This document shows, one piece after another, positions 8,079 to 17,596 of a stretch of DNA of 64,000 bases. Made by a program: the position numbers and the translations under genes. The notes below the pieces were generated by a model. The model was not told the DNA's origin, searched no databases, and worked only from the letters and a program-made list of their open reading frames with translations. This DNA comes from an uncultured Cytophagia bacterium. Its GTDB lineage: Bacteria; Zhuqueibacterota; Zhuqueibacteria; Residuimicrobiales; Residuimicrobiaceae. Each line of letters opens with the position of its first letter. Positions within the stretch are counted from its first letter, which is position 1. The DNA is taken from contig CAYTCI010000005.1 of NCBI GenBank assembly GCA_964436305.1, forward strand, positions 14,629 through 78,628, in the 5' to 3' direction.

Positions 8079-11000
8079 ATGACTCTGTGCAAACATGCCC
8101 TTTGGGGCGCATTGATCCTTGGCCTGATGCTGGCCCTGCAGCCCGCCCTCGCCCAGATCAATACGATCAGCAACGGCGATTTCGAGAACGCCGAACTCCC
8201 CGCCAACTGGTACAAGATCGATGCCAACGACGCGGAGGTCGCCTGGGCAACCGATCAGTTCCGCTCCCCGCAGCGCTCACTCAAGATCTCCGAGAGCGGC
8301 GGCGCTGATGCGCCAGCCTGGCAGTCGGCTAACATGGCCAAACTGGAATGGAATCCCACCACCGGCATTCCCGCCAACATCGAAATGGTGATCGGCGGCT
8401 GGGTCAAAACCGAAAATGTCAACGTCTCCCCCGCCGCACCGGCTTCCGAGATCACCCTCAGTTTCACCTTCTATGACAAGTCCAAAGCGATGATCTTCGG
8501 CCAACCGGTCACGATCCAGGTTCCCCAGAGCCAGGCCAGCGCCGGCTGGACGGAGATCAAGAACAGCGCCCCGGTCATTCTGCCGGTGGACGCCGACTCG
8601 ATGATCATCACCTTCGCTTTCGGCGCCAATGCCACCGGCACGGTCTGGCTTGATGATATTTTCATGAAGGTGGCGCCTGGCGCCAGCGGCTGGCTGGGCG
8701 ATCTCTACAATGCCAATTTCGGCGTGCCCGCGGGCTGGTTCTTCTGGAAGGACCGGATGAGTGAGGGCGAGCAGGATTACGGCACGGTCACCATCACCGA
8801 CCAGTATGCCCATCGCGGCCGCTACTCCCTGCTGATCGCCGATGATCCCGCCAATCCCGCTGAGGTGGTTGCGATCTCCGACCGCAACGCAGTCGAACCC
8901 GGCCGCTCCTATGGCCTCTCCGCATGGGTCAAGCTGGAGAATACCACCGTCAATCCCAAACGCGATATCGAGCAGGCGATCTTTTTCACCATCACCTACC
9001 ATTCCGCCGAGGCCGGATGGGCCGAGGTGGGTGGTGAGGATTTTGTCGTGGTCGACCAGTCCAAGGCAAACTCGGATTGGCGGCTCTACTCCTTTACCTT
9101 CAAGGTGCCCGACAATGCCTCGCGGATCTCGGTGCGCGCACGCATGCAGCACCAGGCGACCGGCAATACCTACTGGGATGATATCCGCATCTATCCCCTC
9201 GGGATTGCCAAGGCCAATCTCAACTTTGACGAATCCCAGCAGCCCGCCAACTGGTCCGGCTATGCCCACGGCGATGCGACTGTGGAATGGGCGACCGATG
9301 TCTGGCGTTCGGCCGAACGCTCGCTGAAGATCAGCAAGACGGCCGGCACAGCCGATCCTCTGTGGATCTCGGGCAATATGGCCAAGCTGCAGTGGAATCC
9401 GACCACCGGCACACCTGCCAACATCGAAATGGTGATCGGCGGTTACGTCAAAACGCAGAACGTCAATGTCAATCCCACAGCGGCGAACCAGGAGATCCAG
9501 CTGGCATTCTCCTTCTACGACAAGGACAAGAACCTGATCTTCGGCCAGCCGGTCGTGCTCAAGGCGCCGCAAGCCCAGGCCTCCAGCGACTGGACCGAGA
9601 TCAGGAACGAGGCGCCGATCGTCCTGCCGACCGATGCCGACTCCCTGGTCATCAGCTTCGGTTTCGGCGCGCAGGCCACCGGCACCGCCTGGCTTGATGA
9701 TATTTTCATGAAGGTGGCGCCCGGCGCCAGCGGCTGGCTCGGCGATCTCTACAATGCGAATTTCGGCGTGCCCGAGGGCTGGTTCTTCTGGAAGGGCGGT
9801 ATGTCGGAGGGCATCGGTGATGAAAAGGGCATCGTCACCATCACCAACAAATATGCCCACAGCGGCCTCTACTCCCTGCGCATCTCCGACAATGCCGCCA
9901 ACGGGGATGAGGTGGTGGCCATCTCCAACCGCGATCCGGTGCTGCCCGATACCGAGTATCTGGTCTCGGCCTGGGTCAAGCTGGAGGGAGCGACGGTCAA
10001 TACCACCAAGGATGTCGAAAAGTCGATCTTTTTCACCGTCACGTACCATTCCGACGAGGCCGGCTGGGCCGAGCAGCACGGATCGGACTTTTTCGTCGTC
10101 AACCAGAGCGCGGCCGACCGCGACTGGGCGCTCTACACCTTCCGCATCAGGACCGAGCCCCAGGACCGGCGCATCTCGATCCGCGCCCGGCTGCAGCACC
10201 AGGCGACCGGTGATGTCTACTGGGATGATTTCCAGGTGATGCCGATCGCCCAGGTGGCCAACGGCATGGGCTTCGAAGCCGATCTGCCCGCCTACTGGAC
10301 CAGGGTCAATGAGGGTGGATCGACCCTGGCCTGGACCAGCGACGTCGCGCGTTCACCGCAGCGCAGTCTGATGATCCAGAAGGGTTCGGGCAATGAAACC
10401 CCGGCCTGGCAAACCGACGCCAACATGGCCAAGCTGCAGTGGAATCCGACCACCGGCATTCCCCCCAACATCGAGATGGTGATCGGCGGCTGGGTCAAGA
10501 CCGAGAACGTCAACGTCAATCCGGCGACTGCTGACGGGGAGATCCACCTTGTCTACACCTTCTTCGACCAGAGCAAGGCGGTCATCTTCGGCCAGCCGGT
10601 CGTGCTCAAGATCCCGCAAGGCCAGGGCACCAGTGACTGGACCGAGATCAAGAACGATGCCCCCATCGTCCTGCCGGTTGATGCCGACTCGATGAGTATC
10701 CAGTTCATCTTTGGCCCTGCCGCCACCGGCACGGTCTGGCTGGATGATATCTTTATGAAGGTGGCCCCCGGGGCCAGCGGCTGGCTCGGCGATCTCTACA
10801 ACGCCAACTTCGGCGTCCCGGCGGGCTGGTTCTTCTGGAAGGACCGGATGAGCGAGGGCGAACAGGATTATGGCACCGTCAGCATCACCCGCGATGCCGC
10901 CCATACCGGCGACTACTCGCTGCTCCTCTCCGATGAAGCCGCCAATCCGGCCGAGGTGGTCGCCATCAGCGATCGCAATCCGATCCTGCCCAACCGGCTT

Positions 11001-11612
11001 TACACGGTGCAGGCCTGGGTCAAGACCGAGGGCGTGACCATCAACACCACCCAGGATGTCGAAAAGTCGGTCTTTTTCACCCTGACCTATCATACCAACG
11101 AGGCGGGCTGGGCGGAGGTAGGTGGCACCGATTTCTTCGTGGTCGACCAGAGTGTGGCGGACAAGGACTGGACCCTCTACACCTTCACCGTCGCACCGCC
11201 GGCCAACGCGACGAGGATGTCGATCCGGGCGCGCTTGCAGCATCAGGCCACCGGCAAGGTCTACTGGGATGATTTCGCGGTGGTCGAGGGCAATGTGACG
11301 CGGATTCCCGGCCAGCCGGATGCAACGCTGCCGGCGATTTATCGCCTCGCCCAGAACTATCCCAATCCCTTCAATCCCGAGACGCGGATCAGCTTCTCCC
11401 TGCCGAAGGAAGGCCGGGTCAAGCTGGCGGTCTATGATCTCCTCGGCAACCCCGTGCGCACCCTGATCTCGGCCAAAATGGCCGCGGGTGAACACCAGAT
11501 CCTCTGGGACGGGCGCGACGAGAGCAACCGGCCGGCCGCTTCCGGCATTTACTTCTATATCCTCGAAACCAAAGACGCACGCATGATGCGCAAGATGACC
11601 CTGGTAAAGTAA
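8079..11612 (+). CDS. T9SS-secreted surface protein: three tandem ~350-aa modules, each with two CBM4_9/22-like jelly-roll domains, plus a type-A C-terminal sorting domain
   Basis: ATG at 8079 with GGAGGAG 6 nt upstream and signal peptide ALILGLMLALQPALAQ. Each module begins NGxFE..W and ends YWDD. The C-terminus is YPNPFNPETRISFSLP...VYDLLGNPVRTL...GIYFYIL...KMTLVK. No catalytic motif recognised. Confidence 0.75.
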   Translation: MTLCKHALWGALILGLMLALQPALAQINTISNGDFENAELPANWYKIDANDAEVAWATDQFRSPQRSLKISESGGADAPAWQSANMAKLEWNPTTGIPANIEMVIGGWVKTENVNVSPAAPASEITLSFTFYDKSKAMIFGQPVTIQVPQSQASAGWTEIKNSAPVILPVDADSMIITFAFGANATGTVWLDDIFMKVAPGASGWLGDLYNANFGVPAGWFFWKDRMSEGEQDYGTVTITDQYAHRGRYSLLIADDPANPAEVVAISDRNAVEPGRSYGLSAWVKLENTTVNPKRDIEQAIFFTITYHSAEAGWAEVGGEDFVVVDQSKANSDWRLYSFTFKVPDNASRISVRARMQHQATGNTYWDDIRIYPLGIAKANLNFDESQQPANWSGYAHGDATVEWATDVWRSAERSLKISKTAGTADPLWISGNMAKLQWNPTTGTPANIEMVIGGYVKTQNVNVNPTAANQEIQLAFSFYDKDKNLIFGQPVVLKAPQAQASSDWTEIRNEAPIVLPTDADSLVISFGFGAQATGTAWLDDIFMKVAPGASGWLGDLYNANFGVPEGWFFWKGGMSEGIGDEKGIVTITNKYAHSGLYSLRISDNAANGDEVVAISNRDPVLPDTEYLVSAWVKLEGATVNTTKDVEKSIFFTVTYHSDEAGWAEQHGSDFFVVNQSAADRDWALYTFRIRTEPQDRRISIRARLQHQATGDVYWDDFQVMPIAQVANGMGFEADLPAYWTRVNEGGSTLAWTSDVARSPQRSLMIQKGSGNETPAWQTDANMAKLQWNPTTGIPPNIEMVIGGWVKTENVNVNPATADGEIHLVYTFFDQSKAVIFGQPVVLKIPQGQGTSDWTEIKNDAPIVLPVDADSMSIQFIFGPAATGTVWLDDIFMKVAPGASGWLGDLYNANFGVPAGWFFWKDRMSEGEQDYGTVSITRDAAHTGDYSLLLSDEAANPAEVVAISDRNPILPNRLYTVQAWVKTEGVTINTTQDVEKSVFFTLTYHTNEAGWAEVGGTDFFVVDQSVADKDWTLYTFTVAPPANATRMSIRARLQHQATGKVYWDDFAVVEGNVTRIPGQPDATLPAIYRLAQNYPNPFNPETRISFSLPKEGRVKLAVYDLLGNPVRTLISAKMAAGEHQILWDGRDESNRPAASGIYFYILETKDARMMRKMTLVK
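8172..11290 (+). repeat. Intragenic tandem triplication, period about 1.04-1.05 kb
   Basis: The same landmark (CTTGATGATATTTTCATGAAGGTGGCGCC...GGCGATCTCTACAATGC) recurs at 8647, 9697 and 10741. Copies 1 and 2 differ at only a few bases over more than 80 nt. Module boundaries are near 8172, 9219, 10261 and 11290. Confidence 0.85.
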
Positions 11613-11617
11613 AACCA

Positions 11618-11653
11618 CGTGTGCCACGCATCCATCCGGGTGCGTGGCACACG
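11618..11653 (+). terminator. Strong RNA hairpin (13-bp perfect stem, 10-nt loop) without a U-tract: partial terminator or processing/stability element
   Basis: CGTGTGCCACGCA (11618-11630), loop TCCATCCGGG, TGCGTGGCACACG (11641-11653). Begins 5 nt after the TAA of the repeat protein and ends 19 nt before the TonB-receptor ATG. No T-run follows it. Confidence 0.45.
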
Positions 11654-11672
11654 GTCATAATGGGAGCCACCC

Positions 11673-14387
11673 ATGCGACTTGAACCCGTTCTGAGACTGC
11701 TGGCCACGGCCTGTGCGCTGGCGGTGCCGCTGCTGGCCGGTACGACCGGAAAAATCGTCGGCCGCGCGTCGGATGCCGGAACCCGGGAGGGTTTGCCCGG
11801 CGTCAATGTCATCGTGGAGGGGACCAGCCTCGGCGCCGTCACCGATCTCGAAGGCCAGTACCTGATCCTGCGGGTGCCGCCCGGGATTTATTCCCTGCGC
11901 GCCAAGGTGCTCGGCTATACTGAAATGACCTACGACCGGGTGCAGGTCTCGATCGACAAGACAACCACCGTCGATTTTAGCCTCTCGCAAACTGTGCTGC
12001 AGACCGGCCAGACCATCACGGTCACTGCCACCAAGCCGCTGGTTGAGCGCGACCTCACCTCCACAGTCGCCACCGTCAATTCCGAGATCATCGGCCGCCT
12101 GCCGGTCGACAACATGCAGGATGTCATCAATCTGCAAGCCGGCGTAGTTGACGGTCACTTTCGCGGCGGCCGCAGCGGCGAGGTCGGCTACCTCATCGAC
12201 GGCATCTCGATCAACGATGTCTATTCCGGCAGCTCTGCCGTCCAGGTGGAGAATACCGCCGTGCAGGAGCTGCAGGTGATCAGCGGCACCTTCAATGCCG
12301 AATATGGCCAGGCCATGTCCGGCATCGTCAACGTGGTCACCAAGGAGGGTGGCGACTCTTACCACGGCTCCCTCACCAGCTATGTCGGGGATTATGTCAG
12401 CGCGCACACCGACATCTTCTGGAACGTTGACGCTTTCAATCCGATCACCAACCTCGAGGGCACCCTGAGCGGGCCGGTCCCCGCCCTGCACAACCGTCTG
12501 ACCTTCTTCGCCTCCGGCCGCTTTTATGACAACGAGGGGGCGATCAACGGACGGCGGATCTTTCTCCCCTCCGACTCGGCCAACTTTCCCAGCAGCGATG
12601 TGCGCGACTGGTACATCGAGTCGCACGGCCAGGGCCGCCGCTTCACCTCGCAGCAGGATTTCAGCCACTATGCTGACAGTCTCAGGCAGAGCGCCGATTA
12701 TGTCGCCATGCGCCCGAGCCGGCGCTATACCGGGCAGATCAAGTTGGCCTGGAAGCTCTCGGATGCCAACAAGCTCGAATACGAGGGGCTGGTGCAGCGG
12801 CAGAAATACCGCGAATACGACCATCAGTTCCGATACGATCCGGACGGCGATTTCTGGCGCCATCAGCTCGGCTGGAACAACGGCCTGACCTGGACTTCGG
12901 TGGTGAACCAGCGCAACTTTTTCACCGTCAAAATGGCGCGCTTTTACACCGACTACAAGCAGTATGTCTATGCGGATCCCTACGACACGCGCTATGTCAA
13001 TCCCAAGCTGCTCGACGCGGCCAGCGGCAATGCCTTCCTCACCGGCGGCCAGCAGATGTGGCATTTCCTGCGCAACACCACCACCAGCGTCGGCAAGGTC
13101 GATTTCACCTCGCAGGCGACCAACGAGCACCAGCTCAAGCTGGGCCTCGAGTATCGCCAGCACCGCATGTGGCTGCGTTCCTTCGAGATCCGCCTCAACC
13201 GCGACACCCAGTGGAAGCCCCATGTCCCTTCAGTGACGAAGAACGTCCAGAACAACGATGAGTACCTCCTCCGTCCCCTCGAGGTGTCGGCCTATGTGCA
13301 GGACAAGATCGAGCTGGCCTACATGGTCGTCAATGCAGGGGTGCGCTATGATTATTTCCGGTCGGATGGGGTGGTGCCGCTCGATTTTCTCCAGCCCGCC
13401 GCCTCGCCGCTGCGCACACCCAAAATCAGCCAGCAGCTCAGTCCGCGTTTCGGCCTTTCGTATCCCATCACCGACCGCGGCGCGATCCATATCTCCTACG
13501 GCCATTTCTTCCAGATCCCCAATTTCGAATTCCTCTTCTCCAATCCCGATTTCGAGCTCTATGCCACCGCCGACTATGGCAGCACCTCGCCACCCGAGCG
13601 GGTGCCCAACACCATCGGCAACGCCGAGCTCAAGCCGCAAAAGACCACCATCTATGAGATCGGCCTGCAGCAGCAGCTGGGTGCGGATCTCTCCCTGGAA
13701 GTGACCGCCTACTTCAAGGATATCCGCAATCTGCTCGGCACCGAGATCCTCCACACCACCACCGGCATCCGGTATGCGCGTTTTATCAACCGGGATTACG
13801 GCGGGGTCAAGGGCTTGACCTTTGCCTTTGAGAAGCGGCTGACCGGGGGATTCGGCGCGACCATCGATTACACCTATCAGATCGCGCGCGGGGATGCCTC
13901 CGACCCGGCCTCCGCCTTTCTCGATGCAGAAGCGGGACGCGAACCGCAGAAGCAGCTGGTGCCGCTCAACTGGGACCGCACCCACAGCCTCAATCTCTCC
14001 CTCACGGCCGGGGATGCCCGGGTCTGGTCCGTCAGTCTGATCGGCCGTCTTGGCAGCGGGCTGCCTTATACCCCGACCCAGCAAAATGTGCGCACCGCGG
14101 TGGAGAACAGCGAACGCAAGCCCGCCTTCAGCAATTTTGATTTCTACGCCTACCGTAATTTCAGGGTGGGTGGCCAGAATCTCAATCTCTTTGTCCGGAT
14201 CTACAACCTGCTGGATCAGAAGAACGAGCTGGACGTTTACAGCGATACCGGACGCGCCAATTACACCCTCACGGCGCAGAATTCGGGGACGATCTTCGGC
14301 GTCAACAGCCTCGCCGACTATCTCGCCCGTCCCAACTTTTATTCCGATCCGCGGCAGATCCTGGCGGGTATCGGTCTGGAATTCTGA
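11673..14387 (+). CDS. TonB-dependent outer-membrane receptor with N-terminal carboxypeptidase-regulatory-like domain
   Basis: Signal peptide, then GKIVGRASDAGTREGLPGVNVIVEGT...GIYSLRAKVLGY (CarboxypepD_reg-like). Plug region TVNSEIIGRLPVDNMQDVINLQAGV. Long beta-barrel ending in the terminal aromatic ...GIGLEF. Confidence 0.9.
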   Translation: MRLEPVLRLLATACALAVPLLAGTTGKIVGRASDAGTREGLPGVNVIVEGTSLGAVTDLEGQYLILRVPPGIYSLRAKVLGYTEMTYDRVQVSIDKTTTVDFSLSQTVLQTGQTITVTATKPLVERDLTSTVATVNSEIIGRLPVDNMQDVINLQAGVVDGHFRGGRSGEVGYLIDGISINDVYSGSSAVQVENTAVQELQVISGTFNAEYGQAMSGIVNVVTKEGGDSYHGSLTSYVGDYVSAHTDIFWNVDAFNPITNLEGTLSGPVPALHNRLTFFASGRFYDNEGAINGRRIFLPSDSANFPSSDVRDWYIESHGQGRRFTSQQDFSHYADSLRQSADYVAMRPSRRYTGQIKLAWKLSDANKLEYEGLVQRQKYREYDHQFRYDPDGDFWRHQLGWNNGLTWTSVVNQRNFFTVKMARFYTDYKQYVYADPYDTRYVNPKLLDAASGNAFLTGGQQMWHFLRNTTTSVGKVDFTSQATNEHQLKLGLEYRQHRMWLRSFEIRLNRDTQWKPHVPSVTKNVQNNDEYLLRPLEVSAYVQDKIELAYMVVNAGVRYDYFRSDGVVPLDFLQPAASPLRTPKISQQLSPRFGLSYPITDRGAIHISYGHFFQIPNFEFLFSNPDFELYATADYGSTSPPERVPNTIGNAELKPQKTTIYEIGLQQQLGADLSLEVTAYFKDIRNLLGTEILHTTTGIRYARFINRDYGGVKGLTFAFEKRLTGGFGATIDYTYQIARGDASDPASAFLDAEAGREPQKQLVPLNWDRTHSLNLSLTAGDARVWSVSLIGRLGSGLPYTPTQQNVRTAVENSERKPAFSNFDFYAYRNFRVGGQNLNLFVRIYNLLDQKNELDVYSDTGRANYTLTAQNSGTIFGVNSLADYLARPNFYSDPRQILAGIGLEF

Positions 14388-14410
14388 CCCAAAACGAGAA
14401 AGTGGTGAGT

Positions 14411-17400
14411 ATGAATCGCCTGAAACTCCTCTGCTGCCTGGTCTTGGCCGTTGCGCTGCAGCCCCTCCAGGCGCAGCGCAAGCCCGATCCGCATGTCGGT
14501 GCCCTGGCCAATACGCGCTGGGGCACGATGGACGGCAATGTGGTGCGCACGGTCTTTGCCAACCACGGCGAGATCGCCAACTGGGATGAGCCCGCCTGGC
14601 CCTCCGGCGAGTGGCCCAAGGGCAGCGGCCATACCTACGTCGATGGCGTCGCCCTCATCGTCGCAACCCCCATCGTCGATATTCACGGCAAGCGGTATCA
14701 CGACATCGTCACCCGTTATCGTGAGGATATGTCGACCTCGGCGGAGGGGATCCCCTGGGGCTTTGCCCCCCTGCCGGGCTATTTCAATCCGGATGTCAAG
14801 ACCAATATCCACAATTATCCGGCGATGAGCAATGATCCGACCACCTGGCCCTCCACCTGGCCCGATCAGAACCCGGAGTGGGACGGCCAGTGGAACGGCT
14901 TTTTCGGCCGCGGCAAGACCAACGCCGATCTCGAAACCTATATGGTTTTCGACGACGATCCGGACGAAAAATATCTCTATTACCCCGACCCGGCGGACTC
15001 GTCGCGTCGCGGGCTGGGCATCGAGGTGGCCTCCCGCCTCTTTCAGTGGAACCAGGTGCTCGCCCAGGACTGCCTCTTTTCGATCTATTTCATCACCAAC
15101 GAGGGCAAGAAGGATTACGACAGCACCTATTTCGCCTTCCACATCGACTGGGGCATCGGCGGTCATGATGACTCCGCCGATGATGCCGGCAGCTATGACC
15201 TCGACCTCGACATCGCCTGGGCCTTCGACGGCAATGGCTATGGCAGTCCCAACAACTGGGCGCCCGTCGGCGTGGCCGGCTTCGCCTTCCTCGAGAGCCC
15301 CGGCATCTTTCGCGACAGCCGCGACAACGACCATGACGGTCTGATCAACGAGCGGCGTGACAGCGGGCCCGGGGTTTTCCTCACCACCGCTCCCTACGGG
15401 GTCGATGATCTCAAGGCCTTCCAGGACTTTTATCCCGATCGCGAGATCCGGCCGCACTGGTCCGGGGATGAGAACATCAACTGGGATTCCTATTCGGATC
15501 TGAATGCCAACGGCCAGTGGGACGAAGGCGAGCCCCTGAATGATGATCTCGGCGCCGACGGCCTCGATCCCAACGATAACAACTATCCGGGTCCCGATGC
15601 AGGCGAGGGCGACGGTATGCCTACCGCCGGCGAACCCGATTTCGATTTTCTCGACAAGGACGAGTCCGACCAGATCGGTCTGACCGGCTTTCAGGTCTTT
15701 GTGCTGCACGAATACAAGATGGAGAATGACGAGGCCTACTGGAATGGCCTGAAATCGGCGCCACCGCCGCGCGAAAAGCTGGTGCAGAACACCAATCTGG
15801 GCATGTTCTTCAGTTCCGGACCCTTCGGACTCAAGGCGGGCGATACCCAGTTCTACTCGATGTCGCTCCTCTTCGGCGAGGACCAGGCCCAGCTCGCCCG
15901 TGAGAAAAAGACCGTGCAGCAGATCTACAACGCCACCTACCAGTTCGCCCGGCCCCCGGACAAGTCGCGTCTGACCGCTGTGCCCGGAGATCACAAGGTG
16001 GTACTTTACTGGGATGACACCGCCGAAAAATCGTGGGATCCCTTCCTGCAGGCGCACGATTTCGAGGGCTACCGCATCTATCGCACCACCGACGCGGAAT
16101 TCTCCGAGGCCCAGGTCATCACCGATTCCTACGGCAAGGCGCGCTTCCGCAAGTACATCGCCGAATTCGATGTCAAGAATGGCATCAAGGGACTGCATCC
16201 GATCGACATCGAGGGGATCAAATTCGACCTGGGCGAGGACACCGGTCTGCGCCACTACTTTGTCGATACCGATGTCGAAAACGGCCAGACCTACTACTAC
16301 GCGCTAGTCCCCTACGACCGCGGTCTGACGACCGTCACCTCGACCGGCGAAGTCTCCGGCATCTCACCCTCCGAGGCCTCCAGCGTCATCCGTGTCAGCG
16401 CCGCCGGCGTGGTCGAGTATGTCGATATCAACTGCGCCGTGATCACCCCGCGCGCGCCCGCCGCGGGCTACCAGGCGCCGCAGCTGGCGGGCGGACTGGA
16501 ACACCAGGGTCCCGGCACCGGCCTGCTCGAGGTGGAACTGCTCGACGCCAATGTCCTGCAGGACAACGCCTCCTATGACGTGGTCTTTCACGACACCTCC
16601 GCCTTCGCCCTCAACCGCCGCGCGACCTTTGACTGCAACAATACCACCTCGCAGACCCTGCTGCTTGAAGCAGCGCAGATGGAGGAAGGCCTCGCCACCT
16701 CGCCGGTGCTGGAAGGGCTGGTGCTCCACGTCAACGGCGACACCGCCTGTCAGGTGATCGAGAGCGAGACCGGCTGGGTCAAGGGCAGTCACTCCTGGCT
16801 CTTTCGCGTCGGCAAGAATGCCAGTTTGAGCGGGCGTTTCGTCCCCTATCCTGCCGATTTCGAGATGACCTTTTATGATCACATCGTCGACACCTCGCAG
16901 GCCCTCCTCTTCGGCCAGCAGGCGATCGCTGTGCCCTTTATGATCTACAACACCACCGAAGCGCGGGTGATGGATTTTCTCTTCGGCGACAAGGACAAGG
17001 ACGGCCAGTTCTCGCCCGGAGACTCGGTCACCATCGTCACTGGGGTGCGCCTAGGCGAGCCGCTGCCGACCCCCAAATCCCGTTTCAAGGTGGCCTGGAC
17101 TTTCTTTTACGACCAGGCTGCCGGAGGTAATAACCGGCCGGCCGCCGGCGATATCTTTCGCATCCGCACCACCAAGCCCTTCCGCGACGGCGAGACCTTT
17201 CGTTTTACCGTCCAGGGCGCACGCACCAGCGCCAGCCTGGCGAAGGAGGGCATGGCCGCAATCACGGTGGTCCCCAATCCCTACGTCGCCGCCGCCAGCT
17301 GGGAGCCGCGCAATCCCTTCCGCTTCGGCCGTGGCGAGCGCCGTATCTTTTTCAACCATTTGCCCGCCCGCTGCACCATCCGCATCTATACGGTGCGCGG

Positions 17401-17566
17401 CTATCTGGTCAATACCATCGAGCACGACAGCAGCCTCGACGATGGTTCCGAGAGCTGGGACCTGGTCTCCAAGGACGGGATGGACATCGCCTACGGCATC
17501 TACCTGTTCCAGGTCGATGCCCCCGGCATCGGCACCCATATCGATAAATTCGCAGTCATTAAATGA
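14411..17566 (+). CDS. Large secreted protein of unknown function with Asp-rich Ca-binding-like segment and a divergent T9SS/FlgD-Ig-like C-terminal domain
   Basis: ATG at 14411 with signal LLCCLVLAVALQPLQAQ. DxDxDG motif DNDHDGLINERRD and acidic stretch DLNANGQWDEGEPLNDDLGADGLDPNDNNYPGPDAGEGDG. C-terminus VVPNPYV...RRIFFNHLP..IRIYTVRGYLV...GIYLFQV...FAVIK. No catalytic signature recognised. Confidence 0.8.
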   Translation: MNRLKLLCCLVLAVALQPLQAQRKPDPHVGALANTRWGTMDGNVVRTVFANHGEIANWDEPAWPSGEWPKGSGHTYVDGVALIVATPIVDIHGKRYHDIVTRYREDMSTSAEGIPWGFAPLPGYFNPDVKTNIHNYPAMSNDPTTWPSTWPDQNPEWDGQWNGFFGRGKTNADLETYMVFDDDPDEKYLYYPDPADSSRRGLGIEVASRLFQWNQVLAQDCLFSIYFITNEGKKDYDSTYFAFHIDWGIGGHDDSADDAGSYDLDLDIAWAFDGNGYGSPNNWAPVGVAGFAFLESPGIFRDSRDNDHDGLINERRDSGPGVFLTTAPYGVDDLKAFQDFYPDREIRPHWSGDENINWDSYSDLNANGQWDEGEPLNDDLGADGLDPNDNNYPGPDAGEGDGMPTAGEPDFDFLDKDESDQIGLTGFQVFVLHEYKMENDEAYWNGLKSAPPPREKLVQNTNLGMFFSSGPFGLKAGDTQFYSMSLLFGEDQAQLAREKKTVQQIYNATYQFARPPDKSRLTAVPGDHKVVLYWDDTAEKSWDPFLQAHDFEGYRIYRTTDAEFSEAQVITDSYGKARFRKYIAEFDVKNGIKGLHPIDIEGIKFDLGEDTGLRHYFVDTDVENGQTYYYALVPYDRGLTTVTSTGEVSGISPSEASSVIRVSAAGVVEYVDINCAVITPRAPAAGYQAPQLAGGLEHQGPGTGLLEVELLDANVLQDNASYDVVFHDTSAFALNRRATFDCNNTTSQTLLLEAAQMEEGLATSPVLEGLVLHVNGDTACQVIESETGWVKGSHSWLFRVGKNASLSGRFVPYPADFEMTFYDHIVDTSQALLFGQQAIAVPFMIYNTTEARVMDFLFGDKDKDGQFSPGDSVTIVTGVRLGEPLPTPKSRFKVAWTFFYDQAAGGNNRPAAGDIFRIRTTKPFRDGETFRFTVQGARTSASLAKEGMAAITVVPNPYVAAASWEPRNPFRFGRGERRIFFNHLPARCTIRIYTVRGYLVNTIEHDSSLDDGSESWDLVSKDGMDIAYGIYLFQVDAPGIGTHIDKFAVIK

Positions 17567-17596
17567 ACTGCACCTGAACTTTTTATGGAATCGCTT

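Noticed and set aside
8277-11627. 640-aa and 424-aa minus-strand ORFs opposite the CBM-repeat gene
   Set aside because: They mirror the triplication only because they are antisense to it. The products are Gly/Asp/Arg-rich with no signal or domain. The plus-strand protein has SD, signal peptide, repeated jelly-roll pattern and CTD.
14339-16255. 638-aa minus-strand ORF opposite the 1054-aa CTD protein
   Set aside because: Antisense GC artefact. It has no start context or motifs, and the plus-strand gene has a signal peptide and CTD.
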